DNA from: a virus
Lineage: Duplodnaviria > Caudoviricetes
Length of the DNA: 64,000 bases
Virus record (IMG/VR): IMGVR_UViG_3300010429_000979
Coordinates: 17,314-81,313 of that record
Strand: one strand, 5' to 3'
The position numbers were made by a program, and so were the translations under genes. The notes under the pieces were generated by a model, which did no database searches, was not told the origin of the DNA, and was given only the letters and a program-made list of their open reading frames with translations. Positions 1-10,508 of this stretch are shown piece by piece (position 1 is the stretch's first letter; every line of letters begins with the position of its first letter).

Positions 1-2
1 CT

Positions 3-674
3 ATGAGTATCACTTTATCTAATACCGAAGAGGTAGTTGAAAGGTCAGTCTACAATGCTATCATGGATGTCTGCGTTGAACTCGGATACTGCCCAGACGT
101 AAGAAACTCTAGCTTATTCCCAGATACCTCACAGGGATGGCAAGCATATATCACTTACCAACAGAGTACCATCAACATGAAGGGATTTTGTGTAGAAGTC
201 TTTGGTTCCTCTAACCCAGATGATAAGGGTATCAAGAAATTACCGAGAATCGTTATCGATACCATAACAATGGATAGGGGAGACTTCGGATTAGATGCTT
301 CTCCAGTTTATGAGAAACAAGTTGATGGTACATATAATAAATTGAGATTCCCTACCACATCCTCGAATGCTACCTTTAATATTTATGCAGTAGCTAAGGA
401 CATTAAACAGATGAGGGTATTACTTTCGATCCTTGCAATAGCCCTTCAGAATTTTACCTACATCAAAAGGTACCCTACCACTGATCAGAAGCTTTTGGTG
501 AAGACCGTAAGTAGCAGTAATAACCCAGAATATGCTCAAGGCATCTTGGAACACATCATCAGGTATGAGATACCAGACGTCTTTGAGACAGCAATCCAAG
601 TCATCGAAACTGGTATACCAGAAGTAGTTGCCTTAACTATGGATACACAGTATGTTGAAAATCTGAATCCATAA
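3..674 (+). CDS. Putative tail terminator/tail completion protein
   Basis: 223-aa ORF immediately upstream of the sheath gene; positional inference only. Confidence 0.5.
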   Translation: MSITLSNTEEVVERSVYNAIMDVCVELGYCPDVRNSSLFPDTSQGWQAYITYQQSTINMKGFCVEVFGSSNPDDKGIKKLPRIVIDTITMDRGDFGLDASPVYEKQVDGTYNKLRFPTTSSNATFNIYAVAKDIKQMRVLLSILAIALQNFTYIKRYPTTDQKLLVKTVSSSNNPEYAQGILEHIIRYEIPDVFETAIQVIETGIPEVVALTMDTQYVENLNP

Positions 675-731
675 CAATCACTTTGAGTCAAGATTAATAA
701 TACCATTTATAAACCTAGAAATTCAAATAAT

Positions 732-2564
732 ATGGCTAACACAGGTAACGTTAGTTTCTCTATAACTGATCAAACGAAAACCGTAACCGCACCAGTAGGT
801 GGGGTAGTTTTCGTTGAGGGGGAAACTTTAAGGGGCCCAGTAGGGGATCCTATTGATATCATCAGTTCATGGTCGAAGTTCAAATCGATCTTTGGGGGAT
901 ACAATCCAAATGACGATTTCCCGCTTCTTTGCGAAAGGATGCTTAATGCAGGGGCTTCTCTGAGGGTCAACCGTATCACTGATGGTACTGAAACAGTGGC
1001 TGGTATGCCATCTTCGAGGTTCTTTACCTTCAACAAGGAATTCGCAGCTACTCATACTGCCAAGATTACAATCGATACAGTAGATTCAGCAACAGTTACA
1101 TTCGGTGGCGATCTCAGTACCCACCCACTGTTTATGGCTGCTCTCGTTGCTGCTATCCGTGATCATGCAAAAGTTGGCTCATGTACCTATTATGATATGG
1201 GTGCCGGAGTGGATGACTATGTTCTGGTCGTTACTCCGAAAGCCGGTCAAACCTGGTCAGCTCCTCCAGCAATTACCACTGGTGGTACTACACCACCAAC
1301 AGCCACTGGAGCAGCTAAGGCTGAGGTAACCTCAAAAAATATCACCGGTACGATGTGGTTCAAATTCGTGGCCAGGAATGGTGGAGCAGAATACAACAAG
1401 GTATACATCGAAATCTCAGCTCCTTCAAACGGGGTTACAAATTACTTCGATGTAAACGTATACCACACTGAAGATGGTTTGCTGGAGACTTACAAAAACC
1501 AGATCGCTACAGTTGCCGTAGGTGGAACACCAGCTTACCTCACTGACATCAAGAGTAAATCTAAAGTCATCGATGTTGAATACACTGATCCCATCGCTAC
1601 TGGTACCTACGTTCCGGTCTATGCCACTTACAGCCTTTCTGGTGGTACTGATGGAGGAACTCCGGACTTAGCTGATTACGTTGGTGATTCCGCTTCAGGC
1701 TTAGGTTTCTATGCCTTTGATCCTTACGATGATGCTTATTCCATCGCAGTACCTTCAAAGAGTGATTCTGACCTGGCTGGTTTAGCATCAGCAGGAGCTG
1801 CCTATTCAGCAGCAAGAGGGGATCTCAAATACGTCCATCACATCGACAACGATAATTCAACCTCTACAGATATCATGACCGAAAGGGATGATACTGCAGT
1901 GGTTCACCATCTTACGATGTTCACTGCTGGTGGTCTGAAAATCATTGATCCGGTCCTGGGTAATACCAAGGAGATCTCTGAATTGGCTGACGTCATGGCA
2001 TTGGAAGCTAAGGTATTGAAGAGCAGAACACCGTGGCTCTCATTTACTGGTATGACAAGAGGGGTTATCCTCAACTGTCTTGGGGTTGTTAACAACTTCG
2101 GAACCTCTGCCAAGTATGCAGAACTCAACTATCTGGCCAACGACCAAGTTAATATGGTTATTCTCAGGAACGGCCAGGTTATGCTTTGGGACGATTACAC
2201 ATCTCAGAAAGTTGATTCTCAGTTGATCTTCGCTTCAATCGTTAACCTTGACCTTTATATCAGGAAGGGATTAAAACCAACTCTGGAAACTTATCTTGGT
2301 GACCCTTGCGATCTGGAATTAGCAGATCAGGTATACCTTTCAGCAAAACCATTCCTTGACCAAATCAAGAACAATCGGGGATTCTTCGATTATGCTTGGC
2401 TTGGTGACCAGGACGCAGAATCACTGGAGTCAATGCAAATCAACACTCCTGAGGACATGGCACTGGGTAAGTACAAGGTCTTACTGAAAATCAAACCAAT
2501 CGCTCCACTGAAGGAATTCACAGTAGAGATTTATCTCACACCAGCAGGAGTCCAGTTTTCATAA
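732..2564 (+). CDS. Contractile tail sheath protein
   Basis: 610 aa; N-terminal GPVGDPIDIISSWSKFKSIFGG and C-terminal KYKVLLKIKPIAPLKEFTVEI resemble sheath proteins; followed by a tube gene. Confidence 0.9.
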   Translation: MANTGNVSFSITDQTKTVTAPVGGVVFVEGETLRGPVGDPIDIISSWSKFKSIFGGYNPNDDFPLLCERMLNAGASLRVNRITDGTETVAGMPSSRFFTFNKEFAATHTAKITIDTVDSATVTFGGDLSTHPLFMAALVAAIRDHAKVGSCTYYDMGAGVDDYVLVVTPKAGQTWSAPPAITTGGTTPPTATGAAKAEVTSKNITGTMWFKFVARNGGAEYNKVYIEISAPSNGVTNYFDVNVYHTEDGLLETYKNQIATVAVGGTPAYLTDIKSKSKVIDVEYTDPIATGTYVPVYATYSLSGGTDGGTPDLADYVGDSASGLGFYAFDPYDDAYSIAVPSKSDSDLAGLASAGAAYSAARGDLKYVHHIDNDNSTSTDIMTERDDTAVVHHLTMFTAGGLKIIDPVLGNTKEISELADVMALEAKVLKSRTPWLSFTGMTRGVILNCLGVVNNFGTSAKYAELNYLANDQVNMVILRNGQVMLWDDYTSQKVDSQLIFASIVNLDLYIRKGLKPTLETYLGDPCDLELADQVYLSAKPFLDQIKNNRGFFDYAWLGDQDAESLESMQINTPEDMALGKYKVLLKIKPIAPLKEFTVEIYLTPAGVQFS

Positions 2565-2583
2565 CCAGAAAATAACATAATCT

Positions 2584-3069
2584 ATGGCACAGATACAAAA
2601 CCCACGTAAGCAATTTTGCTTCAGGGTAACAATGATCAATTACCCAATCGATTCGATGCTCTTCCAAGAGGTATCATTACCGGATGTCGAAATCGAACAG
2701 ATTGAGCATGGTGATTTTAACTCGGATATCAAAACAGGTGGCCGAAAGAAATACGGGAATCTGAAGCTGAAAAAGCTTTTGACCACCGATCATGCAAGTT
2801 CACTTCACACCTACTTCTGGGACTGGATGAATGCGGTGCAGAATTCAACCCTCGGTGGTGGTTTGGTTCCCAACAGCCCCCTCTACAAAAGGACTCTGAA
2901 AATCGACGAACTCGATGAGGCCAATGGTAATCAAGGCTCAATCCTCAATACCTGGTATTGCTTTGGTTGCTGGCCCACAAAATTGGATGGTCTGGAATTA
3001 GACCGTACTAAGGGTGACAACACAATCGAACAAATCGAAATCAGCATAGATGACCTCGTGAAGGGCTAG
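2584..3069 (+). CDS. Tail tube protein (T4 gp19-like)
   Basis: 161 aa; FQEVSLPDVEIEQIEHG, YFWDW and WYCFGCWPTKLDGLELD pattern; follows the sheath. Confidence 0.88.
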   Translation: MAQIQNPRKQFCFRVTMINYPIDSMLFQEVSLPDVEIEQIEHGDFNSDIKTGGRKKYGNLKLKKLLTTDHASSLHTYFWDWMNAVQNSTLGGGLVPNSPLYKRTLKIDELDEANGNQGSILNTWYCFGCWPTKLDGLELDRTKGDNTIEQIEISIDDLVKG

Positions 3070-3086
3070 AGGATGATCCAAAATAC

Positions 3087-3124
3087 TAGGAGGACTATAT
3101 TAATTAAATAGTATAGTCCTCCTA
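3087..3124 (+). terminator. Stem-loop after tube gene (probable intrinsic terminator or attenuator)
   Basis: TAGGAGGACTATA-N12-TATAGTCCTCCTA, a perfect 13-bp inverted repeat. Confidence 0.65.
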
Positions 3125-3148
3125 TTCGTTTAAATTAAATACACTGAA

Positions 3149-3940
3149 ATGGATCTCGATAAACTGATAAAAGCATACGGTAATGTAAAGTTAATCCTTA
3201 CACCATCTGGATTTCACGTTGCAATCAGAGAACAAAATGGAGAAGATGATGATATCTTATCCAACGTTTCATTGATGGATGACGGTACTGCTTATAATGC
3301 TTTTATAGCCGCTATCATTGTTGGCTGCTCAGAAATCCCAACTCTCCAAGGTAATCTTTCAGAAGTCTTAAAGCTCAGGCCAAGGGATAAATATTTTATC
3401 CTAGTATCATCAAGGATATTCTCACTCGATAACCTTGTCACCTTCCATTACGATTGGTCAGATAAAGTCAGAGTTACCTATACTGAGGACCTAACTAATT
3501 ATATCTGGGATTACACCAAAGACTTTCCATACGATTCAAGCGATCCTAATTATTTCAAGTATCGGATTAAACCATACGAAGTTGGTGGCTTAGAAGGTAT
3601 GGAACCACAGACTTTCGCATTATCAACTGGGAAGGTTATCTCTTACACTCCTCTCAACGGTGAAGCCGAGAAATACTTCATCAAACTTCCCAACTCTCAA
3701 CTCTCCATCAATGCAGAGTTAAAGGCAAGGAAGTTATCCCTTAGAACTGGAAATGAAGTATCAGTAATTGAGAACTTCAGGGGATTCACTGCCACAGAGA
3801 TGAGGGAGATAAGAACTAACATTGATAGGGTTGATCCACGTTATGATCTCTTAACGGATATTGAGAATCCAGAAACTAAAGAAGTTGTACCAATGTCACT
3901 GGTGGGGCTTCCCGATTTTTTTTATCCTCGGCTGATTTAG
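3149..3940 (+). CDS. Tail assembly chaperone / T4 gp26-like protein (short form)
   Basis: Lies between tube and tape measure; ends LPDFFYPRLI over a T8 slippery run. Confidence 0.75.
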   Translation: MDLDKLIKAYGNVKLILTPSGFHVAIREQNGEDDDILSNVSLMDDGTAYNAFIAAIIVGCSEIPTLQGNLSEVLKLRPRDKYFILVSSRIFSLDNLVTFHYDWSDKVRVTYTEDLTNYIWDYTKDFPYDSSDPNYFKYRIKPYEVGGLEGMEPQTFALSTGKVISYTPLNGEAEKYFIKLPNSQLSINAELKARKLSLRTGNEVSVIENFRGFTATEMREIRTNIDRVDPRYDLLTDIENPETKEVVPMSLVGLPDFFYPRLI

Positions 3941-4074
3941 CAGCCGAATACTTTTTCCTTTCTAACTTAAAAGTTCGGATGTCTTGGGTAGAGTTTAAAC
4001 GATTACCTCACCCAACAAAGCATAGGCTACTTGAATTGGCCGTTGCGGAAAACGAACGAAATAAACCAAAGTAA
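3149..4074 (+). CDS. Tail assembly chaperone, -1 frameshift extended form (G-T type)
   Basis: GATTTTTTTTAT (T8 at 3916-3923); the -1 frame reads ...DFFLSSADLAAEYFFLSNLKVRMSWVEFKRLPHPTKHRLLELAVAENERNKPK* and its TAA (4072-4074) overlaps the tape-measure ATG. Confidence 0.8.
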
Positions 4075-6074
4075 TGGCAGTAGCAACATCTGGATCCGTA
4101 ATTGGTGTAGGAGTAAGGGTATATCTAAAGGATGACTTTTCTAAGGGTTCAGCCAGAATCCGCCGTACAATAAGCGGGTTACGGCAAGAGATGAATGCTT
4201 GGAGAGATAATCTCCAGAACTCAACTCGGTCAGCAGGAGTCACAGCTCTTGCTGGCGGAATGATGTTAAGGACAATCTCTGGCTGGGTACAAGAAGGTGC
4301 TAAGTTCGATTATATCATGCGAGGGGTTGGTGCATCAACTGGAGCTTCAGCAGATCAGATGAGAAACCTCAGCGATCAGGCTTTAGCTGTTGGTCGTTCC
4401 ACAGCCTTCAGCCCAATGGAAACCGCAGAAGGTATGAGGCAGTTAGCTCTTGCTGGACAGGAAGTAGCAGACATTTATAAGACGATCGGACCTGCTGCAT
4501 CTATGGCAAGAGCTTCAATGGTAGCCCTTACTGGTGAAGGTGGAGGTGCTGAGATCTTGGTTAATATCATGCGTCACTTTGATATACCATTTGACAAGGC
4601 TGCACAGACTGCCGATAAGCTAACCATTGCCGGTATCAAATCATCATTGAGTTTATCCGAGTTAGCCGAGTCACTTAAATACTCTGCTTCCACAGCAATG
4701 GACTTGGGAGTTGGCCTTGATCAAACAACAGCTGTCATGATGACAGTTGCTAATGCCGGTATCAAAGGTTCTATGGCCGGTGTTGGATTTGAGAACATGT
4801 TAAGATATCTTGCTAGGGCCTTAGGTGAATACGATCCTAAGAAAAAGGCAGGTAAAGCCATGTCAGCTATTGGGCTAATGCCAAAGGATATGGTAGATGC
4901 TGCAGGAAACCTTAGGCCAGTCGGGGATATGATTGGAGTACTCGCTGAGAAGCTTGAGGGTATGGGAGATATCCAGAAACAGAATATCCTTTATGATATC
5001 TTCCAAGTCCGCGGTAAAAGGCAAGCATCACTGCTACTCAGGAACCTGGCAGAGTACAAGAAGAATTTAGTCACAGTCCAACATGCTCAGGGTAAAGCTG
5101 GAGACATCTCTGATAAGATGTTAGGTGGATTAGAGGGCTCTATTATGAGGCTGAAGAATATGTGGATCGAATTCAAAGCCACATTCGCAGAAGCCTTAGC
5201 CCCAATCTTAGTTCCGGTATTGAATGTCTTAAAAGGAGTACTGAAGGTCATCAACTGGATCATGGGCTCCTCACTTGGCAAATGGATAGTTGGTTTAACA
5301 GTCCTAGTCCTAGCTTGGGGAACTGCAATGCAAGGTATTCGTTGGGTAGTTGGATCTCTTTACTTAGCACATCACACATTAGCGATGGGTGCATCATCTG
5401 CCCTGACATCAATGAAGTCGATGTGGAATAATCTGACAGCCTCAGCTATTAAGTATATGGCTGTAGTAAATATGGCAAACGGGGGGACAAAGATAGCTGC
5501 CAATGGTAGGATGTATACCACAGCAACGGCAACTGGTGCAGCTAGGTTTCTAACTAAAGCCCAGATAGCTGGTAGTATGGGCGCTGGAGCTGGTTTAATG
5601 GCTCTAGGATCTGGGGGTGGGGCAATAGCTAAAGGGCTTGGAGCTAGGGCTTTAGGTTTTCTTGGTGGACCAGTGGGAACTGCTCTGATGATCATTGGAA
5701 CATTCCTACCAGTACTAATCAGTGCTTTCTCAGGAAATTCTTCGGCAACAGAAAAGAACACCGATGCCATAAAGGGATCAGAAGAGGAACAAAAAGCAAG
5801 GGCTGAAGTCGATAGGATGTTCATGGCCAAAGTTTTAAACTCTCCAGGTAGCCAAGATAACTTCAGAAAACTTTATTCTCATTCGGGAAATAATGATTCC
5901 TCATTGGAAAGGGCATTCAGGCTTTATATGTCTAACCCGAACTGGAGAGGTAACAATACACCATTCTTTGACTTCCGTAAGAAAGGCGAAATGGCAGTGT
6001 ATATCAATGGGGTATTCAATACCAAGGCCGAGATCAATCATGAAAGGGAAAAGAAATATAAATTATTATACTAA
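4074..6074 (+). CDS. Tail tape measure protein (TP901-type core)
   Basis: Ala/Gly-rich helical protein; STAFSPMETAEGMRQLALAG, ELAESLKYSASTA and AGIKGSMAG motifs. Confidence 0.92.
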   Translation: MAVATSGSVIGVGVRVYLKDDFSKGSARIRRTISGLRQEMNAWRDNLQNSTRSAGVTALAGGMMLRTISGWVQEGAKFDYIMRGVGASTGASADQMRNLSDQALAVGRSTAFSPMETAEGMRQLALAGQEVADIYKTIGPAASMARASMVALTGEGGGAEILVNIMRHFDIPFDKAAQTADKLTIAGIKSSLSLSELAESLKYSASTAMDLGVGLDQTTAVMMTVANAGIKGSMAGVGFENMLRYLARALGEYDPKKKAGKAMSAIGLMPKDMVDAAGNLRPVGDMIGVLAEKLEGMGDIQKQNILYDIFQVRGKRQASLLLRNLAEYKKNLVTVQHAQGKAGDISDKMLGGLEGSIMRLKNMWIEFKATFAEALAPILVPVLNVLKGVLKVINWIMGSSLGKWIVGLTVLVLAWGTAMQGIRWVVGSLYLAHHTLAMGASSALTSMKSMWNNLTASAIKYMAVVNMANGGTKIAANGRMYTTATATGAARFLTKAQIAGSMGAGAGLMALGSGGGAIAKGLGARALGFLGGPVGTALMIIGTFLPVLISAFSGNSSATEKNTDAIKGSEEEQKARAEVDRMFMAKVLNSPGSQDNFRKLYSHSGNNDSSLERAFRLYMSNPNWRGNNTPFFDFRKKGEMAVYINGVFNTKAEINHEREKKYKLLY

Positions 6075-6904
6075 TGGCAAGGATAGTTGATGGGGCATTT
6101 TTGGATTTACGTGCAGCGGGGATAAGCGTACATGATGTTGGTGCTGTCCACATGGGTATTGAGGAGTTGGCGGTTTACCTTAAAACAAGGAATCGACCAA
6201 AACCACAAGCACCAGTTGAGAATCTGAGACAGCAAATCGAGGATGAGCTACTGGAGGCTCAAAGCAGACATGGACATCCACGCCGTCACTTAGAGACTAC
6301 AAAGCAGAAGATTATCATCGTAGACATCGATTATGATTTTGATACCAAGAAAGAGAAGATCACTAAAGAAATGTCCAATGGTTTAATGGAACTGGATTAT
6401 GATGTCAATTCAAGTGGAGGCCAAAAATCTTTAGTAATTCAAACCATACCAAGTAAATTGGAATATGAGGTAAACTCAAACTTCGCAACCATTGCCTCAA
6501 TCGCACGTAATAACCCATTCTACCATTATACTGGCTCGGAAGATGTTATCACATTCGATATTGATTGGTTTGCTGAGCAAGAAGATCTTACCGATGTCCT
6601 AAGTAATTGCCGTTGGTTAGAATCACTGACTAAGGCCAATGGCTATGATTTCCAACCACACAGAGTTTCACTTTCCTGGGGTGACATCTTTAGGCCTGAA
6701 GATATCTGGCTAATCACTAAAGCCTCATACATTATGGGTGGCTTTGATAATACTCAATCATTACTTCCTCATATCGCAAAACAGCAAGTTGAGATGAAGA
6801 GGATTACAAAAACAAATCTAACCTACATCGATATCAGAAGTACAACGAGGAATTCTGATTACAGAAAGGGAGTTGACCTATTAAAACGTGCAGCTAATGG
6901 ATAA
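6074..6904 (+). CDS. Baseplate/tube-initiator protein (P2 gpU-like position)
   Basis: Follows the tape measure; C-half NNPFYHYTGSEDVITFDIDWF is tube-like. Confidence 0.55.
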   Translation: MARIVDGAFLDLRAAGISVHDVGAVHMGIEELAVYLKTRNRPKPQAPVENLRQQIEDELLEAQSRHGHPRRHLETTKQKIIIVDIDYDFDTKKEKITKEMSNGLMELDYDVNSSGGQKSLVIQTIPSKLEYEVNSNFATIASIARNNPFYHYTGSEDVITFDIDWFAEQEDLTDVLSNCRWLESLTKANGYDFQPHRVSLSWGDIFRPEDIWLITKASYIMGGFDNTQSLLPHIAKQQVEMKRITKTNLTYIDIRSTTRNSDYRKGVDLLKRAANG

Positions 6905-7157
6905 CCTATATTCAGATGCTTACCTGATATCATACAGAGAAGGTGATTTCTCATTAGAGAGAACGCCTAAGACAATCATCTATAATACAGAACCTAAGCT
7001 CTACACGGTAAGTGAAGGAGAACTACTTACTGATATCGCTTTTAGGGAATTGAGAGATGTTGGAAAGTGGTATCTCATTGCATTATTTAATGGTATCATC
7101 GATCCTTTCATAGAAGCCGGTACCACTATCCTTATACCTCCAGTATATGGCCAATAG
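6888..7157 (+). CDS. LysM/P2 gpX-like baseplate protein
   Basis: YTVSEGELLTDIAFRELRDVGKWYLIALFNGIIDP LysM-like pattern. Confidence 0.75.
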   Translation: MQLMDNLYSDAYLISYREGDFSLERTPKTIIYNTEPKLYTVSEGELLTDIAFRELRDVGKWYLIALFNGIIDPFIEAGTTILIPPVYGQ

Positions 7158-9417
7158 AAAATACAAACAAAACGAGTTAGATTACACTCAATATCATCTG
7201 CCAGTAGTTCGATTATATACTGCTGGCGGATCCCTGTTATTCGATAGCACTACACTTAATGACCAACCCATTTCAGTTGGTACTGACCTAACCGAGTTCT
7301 CATATAAATTCACTGACGAGCTAGAGAAAGACGATGAATGCAGGATAACATTCGAAACCAATAACATACCATTCCTTAATCATCCACTGTTTCAGCTGGA
7401 ACAGAGTTTCTGCGTATCATGGGGTTGGATAACTCCAGAGGCTGTAGTAATGAGGGATATGCTAAGGCTTATGATCCGGGACATAGACCGCGATTACAGC
7501 TCTCGGGGAATTAAGATGACCCTTACCTGTACGGATAACTTTGCGGCCTTAAAGAAAGAACAAAGCCCCGAATTGATGAGAGCAGGGGAAATTGTAACCA
7601 ACTTCTCAAAGACCCTTAAGAGTACGGCTATAACAGAAGGTTACAACTACACAATCACATATCATGATAAAGATAAGACCATTCATTATGATGGCCTTAA
7701 GAATAGCATCATGACTCAGGTAGAAGGCCGGACAGTAAACAATGCTGAAGAAGAATTTCTGCTTGCTCCATTTCCACCACGAAATTCTCCAAGGCTCCCA
7801 GACACAGTATACAAGGAAACAATGGCATTGGGTTATCTTGGTGAGAACATGATCTACCTGCATTACACCACATTCCCAGGTTCTTCAGTGATCAAAGGAT
7901 TCTCTGTTTCATCTGAAAATCCTCGCACACAATCAGCAGCTATCTCATCAGAAGTCGAGCATAAGATTATCTTTCCAGAATACCCAACTAACTTTGATCC
8001 ATCAGATATCAATAATGGGATTAATGCAGAAGCTATCATCACGCTTTGGAGACTCACTCCGAATGAGGAAAAGGCTGCATTATTAAAAAATATAAATGCC
8101 CTGAGTGATCCGCAGGGTGGTTCTTCTCAAACTGTGGTTGCGGGATTAGGTCCAGGCGGTTTTGATAATGGCATTAAGCCTACACCAAGCGATGATGAAA
8201 ATAACCCAGAAAATATTGCGGCATTGGAGGAAGAATATTCCAAGTTCGGATTCGGCTTTGGCAAAACTTTTGAAGAGACGCTGATCAATTACTTCAAGGC
8301 AAAGGTTAATTTCCTAAAAGCAAACCCCTCACTTGGTATGTCATCAAGGAATCAGAACGTTGCTATCCTTTCTAAGAACTATAGCCAGAAACCATACAAA
8401 TCCTACACATTAGCTTCGGGCAATGGTGAATTATTATCATTTCACTACAATTCTCATGAGGAGGATTCAAGTGATGACATGACTCAGAGGTTTGGTATTG
8501 ACCCAGACACTGGGGCTTTAGTTTCTAAGGATTATATCTCAGATAAGAAATTGGAAGACCCCGAGCATATCTTTACTAGCCCAGAACAGCAAATTGATCA
8601 TGACTTAGAGCAACGCCTATTCCAATCGCTTTTACAGAAAGCGATGAATGGGGAACCTATTAATGAGGAAGAAACTAAATTGGAGACAGTAGGTTATAGC
8701 TATCCAACCCAATATGTCTGGCCAACCGGAGTAAGTAAAGAAAACAAGAGTACAGGTCCAGTTAATGATACCACAAAGCTCACACCAATGCCTCAAGTAA
8801 TTACCGCTGCTGACTTCACATCTATAGTTAGGAAGCGGGTAGTTGCTGCACCCATTAGTAGGTTAATGGGGTTGGAGGAAGCTGCTAAATCCCTTTATGA
8901 TCAATTGAGAAGGGAAGAAGAAACTGCAAGATTTAAAGTGGAAGCTACCATAGTTGGTGACCCCTTTATTATGTCAAGCTATACAGTAAAAATCTCGGGC
9001 CTTTCAGAATATGATAACGGTACATACTTTATTGAATCCTGTACCCATAAGATTGGTCCCAATGGTTATACTGTAGACCTTGAAATGGTTGGTATCCGTC
9101 ACGTGAGTTTAGGATATAGTGCATTTGAACATAAAATCGATAACTCCGAGATTAAGAAAACCCTTGAACAGAAACTTAACATCAAAGGGATTAAGGGTAA
9201 AAAGGTCTATATCAAATACTACGATTACGATAAGAAGAAAAATGTAGAGATCGAAGCTATCAGCGATGTAGATAACTTTGCCGATTTCCTGAAGAAGTAT
9301 ACGAAATTACAGGAACCCAATAAATCCTATAAACTGGATAAGATGAATCAGGATGGCAACAAGGTAATCAAGAACGTTGTCATTAGCGATAGCGATAAAC
9401 CTTTCAGAAGATGGTAA
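7147..9417 (+). CDS. Baseplate hub protein (P2 gpD/Mu gp44-like)
   Basis: Position; C-terminal VGDPFIMSSYTVKISGLSEYDNGTYFIESCTHKIGPNGYTVDLE is typical of hub proteins. Confidence 0.75.
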   Translation: MANRKYKQNELDYTQYHLPVVRLYTAGGSLLFDSTTLNDQPISVGTDLTEFSYKFTDELEKDDECRITFETNNIPFLNHPLFQLEQSFCVSWGWITPEAVVMRDMLRLMIRDIDRDYSSRGIKMTLTCTDNFAALKKEQSPELMRAGEIVTNFSKTLKSTAITEGYNYTITYHDKDKTIHYDGLKNSIMTQVEGRTVNNAEEEFLLAPFPPRNSPRLPDTVYKETMALGYLGENMIYLHYTTFPGSSVIKGFSVSSENPRTQSAAISSEVEHKIIFPEYPTNFDPSDINNGINAEAIITLWRLTPNEEKAALLKNINALSDPQGGSSQTVVAGLGPGGFDNGIKPTPSDDENNPENIAALEEEYSKFGFGFGKTFEETLINYFKAKVNFLKANPSLGMSSRNQNVAILSKNYSQKPYKSYTLASGNGELLSFHYNSHEEDSSDDMTQRFGIDPDTGALVSKDYISDKKLEDPEHIFTSPEQQIDHDLEQRLFQSLLQKAMNGEPINEEETKLETVGYSYPTQYVWPTGVSKENKSTGPVNDTTKLTPMPQVITAADFTSIVRKRVVAAPISRLMGLEEAAKSLYDQLRREEETARFKVEATIVGDPFIMSSYTVKISGLSEYDNGTYFIESCTHKIGPNGYTVDLEMVGIRHVSLGYSAFEHKIDNSEIKKTLEQKLNIKGIKGKKVYIKYYDYDKKKNVEIEAISDVDNFADFLKKYTKLQEPNKSYKLDKMNQDGNKVIKNVVISDSDKPFRRW

Positions 9418-10124
9418 CGATACAACAACTCATTAATCAAATAAAACTCTTTGGTTTAGAGATCCTCGGTAGGTATTACTCAGTCTATCGTGGCTTTGTT
9501 GTAAGTAACGAAGACTCATTAAACATGGGTAGGATATTGGTTATTGCTCCTTCAATCTTTGGCAAGAGATCCAATCCTCTTTGGGCATACCCAAAAAACG
9601 TTCCCAGCGGAAGCAATTATGGTATTCAGTGGCTACCTAAGAATGGTGAAATGGTATTCCTTGAGTTTGAATTTGGTGATCCAAAATTCCCAATCTGGTC
9701 TCATGGCTATCACCTCAAGGATGAACTTCCTATAGAATTCACAGATAAGAATGACATCCTTCTTAAAACACCATCCGGACATCTCATTCATATTAAGGAA
9801 GTCCCAACAGATAAGAATGGTGAAGAGAACCCAGATTATGGTTTCCTCATCAAACATAAAGATGGGATGACCCTCGAGATCAAAAAAGATGGTATATATC
9901 TTAATGGTAGCGAAAACAAGGGATTGGTAAAGATCACAGAACTCGTTGATAAGTTTAATCTCATCGAAGAGTGGATCCAACAATTTGCCATAGATTATAA
10001 TGCACATACCCACCCAGTACCATCATTAGGGACTTCAAGTCCTATCCTTCCAATTAACCAAATCACAGATACTCCAGTAAAGACTGAGATTGAAGATTTG
10101 GAAAATTCCAATATCAAACACTAA
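9411..10124 (+). CDS. Baseplate central spike (gpV/gp5 OB-fold)
   Basis: YRGFVVSNEDSLNMGRILV, LPKNGEMVFLEFEFGDPKFPIW and apex motif HTH (YNAHTHPVP). Confidence 0.85.
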   Translation: MVTIQQLINQIKLFGLEILGRYYSVYRGFVVSNEDSLNMGRILVIAPSIFGKRSNPLWAYPKNVPSGSNYGIQWLPKNGEMVFLEFEFGDPKFPIWSHGYHLKDELPIEFTDKNDILLKTPSGHLIHIKEVPTDKNGEENPDYGFLIKHKDGMTLEIKKDGIYLNGSENKGLVKITELVDKFNLIEEWIQQFAIDYNAHTHPVPSLGTSSPILPINQITDTPVKTEIEDLENSNIKH

Positions 10125-10507
10125 TGGAGAACTCAGGATTAATATTAGGAGAAGGCATCACTTTCCCATTCAACTTAATTAATGGTAAGGTGGCTGTTGA
10201 TAGTTCAAATGTTTGTATTGCTTCCTCGATCGTTAATATCTTGGGTTGGCCTACTGGAGATCGGTTATTCCAAAACCATTTCGGATCTAAATTATTCCAT
10301 CTCCTGAGTGAACCAAACGATGAAATTACAGCCACTCTAGCAAAGCACTTTATTATTGACGCATTAGAATTACATGAAAAGCGTATTCGTCTACTAGACG
10401 TGAAATTTAGCATCGAAAAAGCACATGAATTAACAATAGTTTTAATATACGAACTTTTATCAACTGGTAAAGTTATGACCTTACCGTTAACTATAACAAA
10501 CCTATAA
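10124..10507 (+). CDS. gp25/GPW-like baseplate wedge protein
   Basis: SIVNILGWPTGDRLFQNHFGSKL...ALELHEKRIRLLDV pattern. Confidence 0.85.
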   Translation: MENSGLILGEGITFPFNLINGKVAVDSSNVCIASSIVNILGWPTGDRLFQNHFGSKLFHLLSEPNDEITATLAKHFIIDALELHEKRIRLLDVKFSIEKAHELTIVLIYELLSTGKVMTLPLTITNL

Positions 10508-10508
10508 C

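Noticed and set aside
3995-4243. Minus-strand 82-aa ORF
   Set aside because: Antisense shadow; the interval is explained by the + strand frameshift extension and the tape-measure start
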